This document shows, in pieces, positions 17,834-24,509 of a stretch of 24,509 nt of DNA (position 1 is its first letter; each line of letters begins with the position of its first letter). A program made the translations under genes and the position numbers. The notes beneath the pieces are model-generated. The model saw only the letters and a program-made list of their open reading frames with translations. It did not search any database and was not told where the DNA came from. Origin of the DNA: a virus (taxonomy: Duplodnaviria > Caudoviricetes); the IMG/VR virus record IMGVR_UViG_3300010354_000623, positions 1-24,509 of that record, one strand, 5' to 3'.

Positions 17834-20800
17834 ATGCCAAACAGAGTAATAGAAATAAGAAAGCGTCAATCTGATCCTTCAGATGGAAACGAACTTCAAA
17901 GCCAAAATTTAACTTTTTCTAAATTTGCTGGAAAACTTGTTGATTATTTAAATATCAATACAAATTTTACTCCTTTTACAACAAAAACCGATAGATCTGT
18001 GCTTGAGTCGAGTTCTAAATATTTTGTTCAAGATTTAATTGGAGAAGGCCCGATAGCTGGTTTAGTTGATCCAAATGGAAATGAACTTGTTTTGTTTGAT
18101 GAAGGGAAAAATAATACTGAAATATTAAAGGGAATTTATTTAAATGATTATCCGATTAAAAATAATTTAACTAATTCTTTTAATTATAACCGTCTTCAAA
18201 TTTATTCAAGGCCCGGAACAGAATTTCAAACATATTTACCGTTAGGCGGAATAGGAGATTTTTCATTCAATAATCCAGGCGTTTTTTATTCTCTTGATAA
18301 AACTTTATATGGTATTGAAAAACCAGTTTCTCCTGTTTTTTTGAAAGGAGAACAGCATGTTTCTAGTCTTTCTATTTTAGATAATGGTCAAACAGTTGGA
18401 AATGTAAATCTAAACTATTTAAAACAAAACTTCGATTTTTTAAATATTTTTACATCTAAGAATTTTGAAGAATGTTTTGGTGCATATCATGAAATTAAAG
18501 ATGCTAATACAGATTATCTTTTTTTGACTCTTAAGATAAATGCTTTATATAATACAACTGACGAAGGAAGTACAATTGCTAACTCTGTTGTTTTTGGTAT
18601 AGAAATTGGATATAAATTAACAGATCGATATAAAGCATATATATTTCATTCTGTTAATGGTATTGCAACTAGTCCTTATAATTTTGACCTTTTTCTAGAT
18701 ATTTCAGATTTTGATTTTGGCCTTCAGCCTTATATAAAAATATACAATTTGTCAGCAAAACAAGATGCAACAAACTTTAGAAATTCAAGAAACGTTGGTG
18801 TTTATGGTGTTACCGAAGTTACTTCTTTAAAATATAAATACCCTAATAGTTGTTACTTTTTAAGTATTTTTGATGGTAGAGGTTTTTCTCAACCTCCGAA
18901 TAGAAGTTTTGATTTAAAATGCCTTAAAATTAAAGTTCCAGAAAATTATGATGCAGAGGCGAAAATTTATGATGGTTTTTGGAATGGTGAGTTTGATTCT
19001 GTTTTAAGATGGAGTGATAATCCGGCTTGGATTTTATACGATATAATTACAAATTATAGATACGGTCTTGGTAAATTTTCTTTTGAAGAAGGATTGGCTG
19101 ATAAATGGAATTTATATAAAATCGCTAAATACTGTGATGAAATGGTGCCTGCAAATAATATATCTAAATTTCCGGTATGTTATATAAAAAGTATTAACTA
19201 TAATTTTGTTAGAGTTACTTCTTCTTACAGTCTAAATAATTTTTTTCAGCCCGGTGCAATAATAGATCTTGTAAATTTAAAATTTATCGATGAGGATGAT
19301 GATGGTCAGTCTATTGAAGTTTTTAAATCTTATCAAGCCATTGTCGTTTCGGTTTCAATAGATTCATCTGGAAAAGAAGCTGTTGTTAATCTAGTTAATG
19401 TTTTTGGATTGCATAAATTATTTTCTTCTATACCGGGTTTAAAGACTTATATTCAAAGCTATTTATCTCAGAATAATTTAACTTCTAATATTTATCAGGC
19501 GTCTATTGAAAAATTAATTTCTGTTCTTGCTCAATCTGATAATTTATCTACTGATTCTGCGAGTTCTTTGTTTGGTTTTATTGAGTACATGAAAACACAA
19601 ACCGTTTTCACAGATGACGAAAGAAGAAATTATGTTTCAAATAGTGGTGTCTCTGCTTGTAGATATGACGGTTTTCTTCCATTGGTAGAGCCTCGTTTTA
19701 GGTGTAATATTTCTATTTCTAACGAAACTGATGTTATAAATTTATTAAATAATATTTCATCGGTCTTTAAAGGAATGGTTTATTGGTCAAATAGTTTTAT
19801 AAATTTTGATAATGATAGGCCAAAATCTTCAAGTTATTTTTTCAATAATTCTAATGTAAAAGATGGTATTTTTAGTTATGCTGGTACTTCAAAAGACACT
19901 AGATATACTGTTGCTAAAGTTGTTTATTCTGATGAATCTGATTCTTTTAAAGATAAAACCATTTACGTTGAAGATCAAGTAAATATTAGACGATATGGTT
20001 ATGTAGAAAAAGAAATTATTGGTTTTGGTATTACATCTAAATCGCAAGCAAGAAGAATTGGTGAATGGTTTTTAGTTACTAATCAAGTTGAAGAAGAGAT
20101 AATATCTTTTACGGCAGGTCCTGAATGTTTGCTTCTTTCTCCTGGAAATGTGATAAGCATTGCAGATGAGTTAAAACTAGCTGGCAGAAGAGGCGGTCGA
20201 GTTGTTAGTATTGTTGATGAAATATTGGTTCTGGATGATAAATATGATTTCATTAAAGCTGGAGATATTTTATCTTTTATTATTCCAACTCCTACTAAAA
20301 CTATTGAAGATTTAAATTCAGAAAGTATAACTAATGATTTTGTTCGCGATTCGCAGATAGATCAACTTCAGCCCACGTATGTTTATAAGTTTGAAGTTTT
20401 TGATACATCTTTAGATGGTAATTTTAGAACTCAAGTTACTTTAAAAGCAACTTCTGTAGAGCAAAGAAGAAATCTATTATCTATTTTCCCATCTGCTTTA
20501 TGGATTTATGATAAGAATGTAGCCGATGCTTCTCTATCTTTTTCTAAACAATATAGAATTATAGCAATCAAAGAAAAAAGTCTCGTTGAGTTTGATATTA
20601 GCGCGGCTGAATATCAAAAATCAAAATTCACATATATAGAAAACAAACAAAATTTACAAGTTAATAAGCTTTATTCTAATGCATCTGAAAATCTTCAAAA
20701 AATAATTCCTGTTAACCTTATTCCGGTTTCCAGTCAAAATAATTATGTCAGGATTAATTCTAAAGCTTTTTCTCTTTCTGATAGATTTGATTATATAATA

Positions 20801-21082
20801 TCTGCTTCTGATTACAATGACAATACGTATGCAGAATTAATCTCTGTTATTGAAATACAAAATTCTGTTATTTATCAGTACGCTATAACAAGAAACTCTG
20901 ATTGTAAGGGTTTTATTATAGAATATGTGATCAACTCTAAAAAAGTTTCTTATGCTTGGCGAGTTGGCGATCAAAATTCTACTTTTATTGCAGCTCCTAA
21001 AGTTGAAATGAATGTTTCATTTGAGTATTTAAGAGTGTATATGATGGGAATAAATGATATTTTCATAAATCCAACTTCTTAA
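17834..21082 (+). CDS. gpJ: Tail tip/host specificity protein J core (1082 aa)
   Basis: DLIGEGPIAGL, GIYLNDYP, RPGTEFQ, YPNS, IKVPENYD...WNGEF...WSDNPAWILYDIITNYRYGLG, KYCDEMVP, EPRF, SQARRIGEW and PGNVISIAD are all gpJ-family motifs. ATG 17834, 1 nt after the previous stop, is preferred to TTG 17807. Confidence 0.93.
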   Translation: MPNRVIEIRKRQSDPSDGNELQSQNLTFSKFAGKLVDYLNINTNFTPFTTKTDRSVLESSSKYFVQDLIGEGPIAGLVDPNGNELVLFDEGKNNTEILKGIYLNDYPIKNNLTNSFNYNRLQIYSRPGTEFQTYLPLGGIGDFSFNNPGVFYSLDKTLYGIEKPVSPVFLKGEQHVSSLSILDNGQTVGNVNLNYLKQNFDFLNIFTSKNFEECFGAYHEIKDANTDYLFLTLKINALYNTTDEGSTIANSVVFGIEIGYKLTDRYKAYIFHSVNGIATSPYNFDLFLDISDFDFGLQPYIKIYNLSAKQDATNFRNSRNVGVYGVTEVTSLKYKYPNSCYFLSIFDGRGFSQPPNRSFDLKCLKIKVPENYDAEAKIYDGFWNGEFDSVLRWSDNPAWILYDIITNYRYGLGKFSFEEGLADKWNLYKIAKYCDEMVPANNISKFPVCYIKSINYNFVRVTSSYSLNNFFQPGAIIDLVNLKFIDEDDDGQSIEVFKSYQAIVVSVSIDSSGKEAVVNLVNVFGLHKLFSSIPGLKTYIQSYLSQNNLTSNIYQASIEKLISVLAQSDNLSTDSASSLFGFIEYMKTQTVFTDDERRNYVSNSGVSACRYDGFLPLVEPRFRCNISISNETDVINLLNNISSVFKGMVYWSNSFINFDNDRPKSSSYFFNNSNVKDGIFSYAGTSKDTRYTVAKVVYSDESDSFKDKTIYVEDQVNIRRYGYVEKEIIGFGITSKSQARRIGEWFLVTNQVEEEIISFTAGPECLLLSPGNVISIADELKLAGRRGGRVVSIVDEILVLDDKYDFIKAGDILSFIIPTPTKTIEDLNSESITNDFVRDSQIDQLQPTYVYKFEVFDTSLDGNFRTQVTLKATSVEQRRNLLSIFPSALWIYDKNVADASLSFSKQYRIIAIKEKSLVEFDISAAEYQKSKFTYIENKQNLQVNKLYSNASENLQKIIPVNLIPVSSQNNYVRINSKAFSLSDRFDYIISASDYNDNTYAELISVIEIQNSVIYQYAITRNSDCKGFIIEYVINSKKVSYAWRVGDQNSTFIAAPKVEMNVSFEYLRVYMMGINDIFINPTS

Positions 21083-21083
21083 A

Positions 21084-23807
21084 ATGTTTATAGAAAATTC
21101 ATCCAACAATTTGGCCAATGGAGCTTATAAGCTTCAGAATTTGACTTGCAATATAGATTCAACTGAAATAACAAATCAGCAAGAGTATGGTTTTGCCACA
21201 ACGGTTCCTGCAAGGTTAATTAAAGTTAATTCACAAAATCTTTCATTTAGTTGGAATGTCATTGATCCAGTTACGCAATCGCAAGCTAATTTAAATGATG
21301 GTGTTTTTTCTTATTTTAGGGTTGAATTGCTTGATAAAAATAATTCACCCGTTTCTGTTTTAAATTCTTCTCTTAGAGAATCTTCTTTTAATTTTAATAT
21401 TGGTGGATTATTTAATTTATCAAAAACTTTATACTCAGATGTAAATTATTTAAGAGATTGCAGGATAGTTGTTACTTCTTATAATTCGGCAAATCAAACA
21501 GCTCAAGGTGTTTTTGTTTTAAATTTTGAAATACCTTATTTTTCTGATGTTAGTTTTGATTTAAATAATGGAATTTTTTGTAGTTATGATTTAGAAAATA
21601 AAGCTTATGCGAGAACTGTTTTTTTTGAAAAAAGCTCTTCTCCTTCTTTTAGTTTAGTTACTGATTCTGTTTCTAGCGATTTAAGTTCTTCGATTTTTTA
21701 TAACGCTTCTGATTTTTCAAAAGATTATTACCGTTTAAATGTAATTGATTATTATAATACTGGAACTGCTTATTTTATTGGTCAAATAAAACCAAGTCCA
21801 ATTAATACTCAGCTTTTTGATACTAAGCCTCAAGCGGTTACTGGCGGTGTTATTGTAAACTATGATTCTGTTGCTCAAAATTATGAACGTTATTTTTTAT
21901 TAAAATGGGCGATTAATTCTTCAAGCGTTCCTTTGGATTATGAAATTCATATTTCTCCAAGTGGATCTACTGGTTCAAATGGAATTCATAGAATATATAA
22001 TTATTCTAGTCCTTTTATTGAGAATATAGATTTTATTGGTTTTGGTACTGGTTCTGGGGCATTTGTCAATTCTGATAGCGGTATTAATCCATATTATTCA
22101 GGTTCAGGTTTTACGCCGATTTTTTCTGTTTCAGATGACGGCAGCGGAATAAAATGGCAAAAACATACTGTTTATACCGATTCAAAAGGTTCTTTTCCAT
22201 CCGGTGTTTATACAGGTAATGTTTCTGATTTGCTATATTCTATCAATTTTGATTCTGGATCAATAAATTCAGATAAATTATTTTTAAATTATTATTTTGA
22301 TACTGGATCAGGCTCTTTTCAGTTTTATCCATCTGGGGGTATTTTATCAGGAATCTATGATTCTGGTTATTATGGTGGATTTTCTACTGGTGATGTAAGC
22401 GGATTAAATTATTTAAGAAATTATACTGGTGTTTTAATTGCTGAAAAAATTAATTTAAATTATCCGACAGGTTCAATTGTTTTAGCGGGGGTGGAGCCTC
22501 GTTTTTATATTCCTCTTTTTTATTCGGCTGATTATGAAGTCAAAATAAGAGGAGTTATTTCAAAAGATTCTTATACTGATTTTTCAGATATAATTTACAT
22601 ACCAAAAAGCGGAATAGATTATGCTACCACGGGCGTTCATGATCCAGGCTCAGGTGCAGTTCCTGAATCTTTATATTTTACTGGTGATTTAGTTGTTTCT
22701 ATAGCTTCTGGTAAAACTTTCGGAAAGTATTTAAATGGAGATACAATACCAGCTTCAGGGAAAACTCCAAAAGATGTAATTGAAATGGCTTTGCGTGAAA
22801 ATTTAGATGTAACTACTTCTTTAACCTCATCTACTAGTATAGCTTTTAATCAAACAGCTATTAGCAATGTTTTAAATTTTAGTTATGCTGTTAATACTTT
22901 AGGGGCATCTGTATCTGGCGCGTCGTTAGAATATAGAAGGGGCAATGTTGGTTCTTGGTCTGTTTTAGCAAGCGGAACTACAACTCCCGATAGCTTTACT
23001 CATTCTTTAACCGATACAAATTATAACACTTCTGGTTTTTATTATCGTTATCTTGTAACAGATACTGCTGGTTCTACTGGTATATCATTGTTAACAATTA
23101 CTCCATCTTCATATTCTGCTCCTACGGCGTCATTGTCTATATTAGGAAATAATTTAGTAAGTCCAGAAACCGATTCTAAAAGAGAAAAAGGGCATATTGA
23201 TTCAACATTAGGGGGAACGGTTACTAGAAATTCAACTAATGTCAATTTAACTAGTTATCAATGGCAATATCAATTAAATGGAGCTGGTTCTTGGGTAGAT
23301 ATAGCTTCGCCAGTTTCAATAGGTCCGGGAACAACTAGTATTACTTCTACTGGGCATAATGATTCGTCTTTAAAAACTGCTTCTAGTTTATCTTATCGAG
23401 TAAAAATAATTGACGATTATCAATCTTATTTATCGTCACAAGTTTATTCTTCTAGTAGCTCTGTTAATTTTGTTAATTTTATTTTTTATGGTCCAATATC
23501 AACTGGTCCAACAAGTTCTGCGGTTGTAAGAAGTTTGCCGTCTAAAATTTTCACAGACGGAAGCAATCCTTTTACTTTGAATACAAGTACAGTAGAAAAA
23601 ATATTTAGTGTAGCTATGCCAAATAGTTTAACGGTTTCTGAAGTTATTGATTTAGACGCTTTAAATGCAAATATAACTGCGAATTATTTACAATCATCGT
23701 TTAGTGTTGCAGATTATACTGGTAATTTAGCAACATATAATGTGTATACTATGACAAATGCTGTTCCATATGGATCAAGCCATAGACATCAAGTAACACG
23801 AACATAA
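21084..23807 (+). CDS. FN3/Ig-rich tail tip protein, possibly the separated distal part of J fused to a fibre-attachment module
   Basis: 907 aa, starting 1 nt after the J stop. FN3-like elements (LSFSWN; LLKW...DYEI; DYEVKIRG...TDFSD) are followed by GKTFGKYLNGDTIPASGKT and S/T-rich Ig-like repeats (YYRYLVTD; LSYRVKIID). Confidence 0.55.
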   Translation: MFIENSSNNLANGAYKLQNLTCNIDSTEITNQQEYGFATTVPARLIKVNSQNLSFSWNVIDPVTQSQANLNDGVFSYFRVELLDKNNSPVSVLNSSLRESSFNFNIGGLFNLSKTLYSDVNYLRDCRIVVTSYNSANQTAQGVFVLNFEIPYFSDVSFDLNNGIFCSYDLENKAYARTVFFEKSSSPSFSLVTDSVSSDLSSSIFYNASDFSKDYYRLNVIDYYNTGTAYFIGQIKPSPINTQLFDTKPQAVTGGVIVNYDSVAQNYERYFLLKWAINSSSVPLDYEIHISPSGSTGSNGIHRIYNYSSPFIENIDFIGFGTGSGAFVNSDSGINPYYSGSGFTPIFSVSDDGSGIKWQKHTVYTDSKGSFPSGVYTGNVSDLLYSINFDSGSINSDKLFLNYYFDTGSGSFQFYPSGGILSGIYDSGYYGGFSTGDVSGLNYLRNYTGVLIAEKINLNYPTGSIVLAGVEPRFYIPLFYSADYEVKIRGVISKDSYTDFSDIIYIPKSGIDYATTGVHDPGSGAVPESLYFTGDLVVSIASGKTFGKYLNGDTIPASGKTPKDVIEMALRENLDVTTSLTSSTSIAFNQTAISNVLNFSYAVNTLGASVSGASLEYRRGNVGSWSVLASGTTTPDSFTHSLTDTNYNTSGFYYRYLVTDTAGSTGISLLTITPSSYSAPTASLSILGNNLVSPETDSKREKGHIDSTLGGTVTRNSTNVNLTSYQWQYQLNGAGSWVDIASPVSIGPGTTSITSTGHNDSSLKTASSLSYRVKIIDDYQSYLSSQVYSSSSSVNFVNFIFYGPISTGPTSSAVVRSLPSKIFTDGSNPFTLNTSTVEKIFSVAMPNSLTVSEVIDLDALNANITANYLQSSFSVADYTGNLATYNVYTMTNAVPYGSSHRHQVTRT

Positions 23808-23810
23808 TAT

Positions 23811-24509
23811 ATGCCATTAACGACTGGATTACAATTACCTTTTGGTGTGCAGCCTGTCAACCCTTATCCGGTTGATAGCTGGTCTGGTCCGTATACAGGT
23901 TTAAACGAATCAGCCGCTAAAAACGAAGCTAATTCTAGTATTCCATCTGGAGTTAGATTTCAATCGATGGAAGTTCGTTTGATTTACGGCGGAACTTCAT
24001 ATAAATATTGGTATAAAGATGGAATAGATAATTCTCAATTGATTAAATTTAACGAAGGATCTGGTTCTTCAAGTTTGGAAGTAAGTTATATTAGTGGATC
24101 AACAATTTCTGGTGTTGTTAGTAATGTAACAGCTTTAAGATTTGATACTGAAGCAGGTTTTGATGTTATTGATTTAAGTAGTGGTGAAGTTAAGATTTCT
24201 TTAAATTCAACTTTTAAAACTTGGCAAGTTGATGGTCAACAAGATTTAGTTGCTCAAGGATTAGATACTATAGAATTTGTTGCTGGTACTGGAATACAAA
24301 TCACGACTGATCCAAATTCTATACCTAAATCTATAAGATTTGATATATTGGGGGTTTCTGGATCATCTGGTACATCTGGTACATCTGGTACTTCTGGATC
24401 GTCAGGATCGTCAGGATCAGCGGGTACTTCAGGATCGTCAGGCACTTCTGGATCGGCAGGTACTTCTGGATCGTCAGGATCGTCAGGATCAGCGGGTACT
24501 TCAGGATCG
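23811..24509 (+). CDS. Fibre protein with Gly-X-Y (GSS/GTS/GSA) repeats, 3'-truncated; absent from ORF track
   Basis: ATG 3 nt after the previous TAA; open to the window end (233 codons): MPLTTGLQLPFGVQPVNPYPVDSWSGPY...KYWYKDGI...DTIEFVAGTGIQITT...GVSGSSGTSGTSGTSGSS... Confidence 0.9.
   Translation, partial: MPLTTGLQLPFGVQPVNPYPVDSWSGPYTGLNESAAKNEANSSIPSGVRFQSMEVRLIYGGTSYKYWYKDGIDNSQLIKFNEGSGSSSLEVSYISGSTISGVVSNVTALRFDTEAGFDVIDLSSGEVKISLNSTFKTWQVDGQQDLVAQGLDTIEFVAGTGIQITTDPNSIPKSIRFDILGVSGSSGTSGTSGTSGSSGSSGSAGTSGSSGTSGSAGTSGSSGSSGSAGTSGS
24351..24509 (+). repeat. 9-nt period coding repeat with exact 51-nt duplication (24387-24437 = 24459-24509)
   Basis: 17 complete Gly-X-Y triplets before the window ends. 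ggtacttctggatcgtcaggatcgtcaggatcagcgggtacttcaggatcg occurs twice at a 72-nt offset. Confidence 0.95.

Larger units (their letters stand above)
1..24509 (+). mobile_element. Tailed-phage tail morphogenesis operon with lambda-like H-M-L-K-I-J core
   Basis: Thirteen co-oriented, nearly abutting CDSs. Recognisable TMP, gpM, gpL, gpK (JAB), gpI and gpJ motifs occur in lambdoid order. No host genes, integrase or att site in the window. Confidence 0.95.

Noticed and set aside
19683-22506. VEPRF / gagcctcgtttt shared by J (19688) and the 21084 protein (22494), each ending a ~180-aa insert
   Set aside because: Short match. EPRF is a J-family motif and the inserts share no visible similarity, so this is probably chance.
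2507-24445. Ten short minus-strand ORFs (60-81 aa)
   Set aside because: All are antisense shadows of long + strand genes with no motifs. 24254-24445 (PDDP repeats) is just the reverse of the GSS repeat.
24351-24509. CRISPR array or non-coding repeat
   Set aside because: No unique spacers; 9-nt periodicity with third-position variation inside an open frame.
1-24509. Stop-codon reassignment, diversity-generating retroelement, inteins/introns, tRNAs, contractile sheath or baseplate
   Set aside because: ORFs tile the window in the standard code. No RT, template/variable repeat pair, intein termini, cloverleaf or sheath motifs were seen by eye.

Overview
AT-rich, very densely coded, all + strand tail morphogenesis module of a tailed phage with a lambda/T5-type (siphovirus-like) tail tip. 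It could be a free phage or a prophage; no host genes or boundaries are visible. Gene order: 5'-truncated giant tape measure protein (TMP, >2012 aa, frame already open at base 3); two proteins with probably duplicated tail-tube-like folds flanking a beta-rich fibre/spike; a gpM-like protein with tandem M domains plus Ig/FN3/gp38-like additions; a LamG-like protein; gpL (4 Cys); JAB-only gpK; two tandem gpI paralogs; gpJ core; an FN3/Ig-rich J-distal protein; and a 3'-truncated fibre with Gly-(Ser/Thr)-(Ser/Ala) triplets that the ORF track missed. Most notable: (1) repeated G-[FM]-I-P-N-F-A and xxGG motifs punctuate the TMP and flank non-TMP-like segments, suggesting a cargo-carrying polyprotein; (2) both gpI ubiquitin-like domains have Phe where the family has Gly, next to a JAB protease with a shortened motif; (3) ring components appear internally duplicated; (4) a gp38-like adhesin seems split across two genes; (5) S/T-G dipeptides are strongly enriched in exposed proteins. 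All family calls come from motif recognition by eye; no searches were run.
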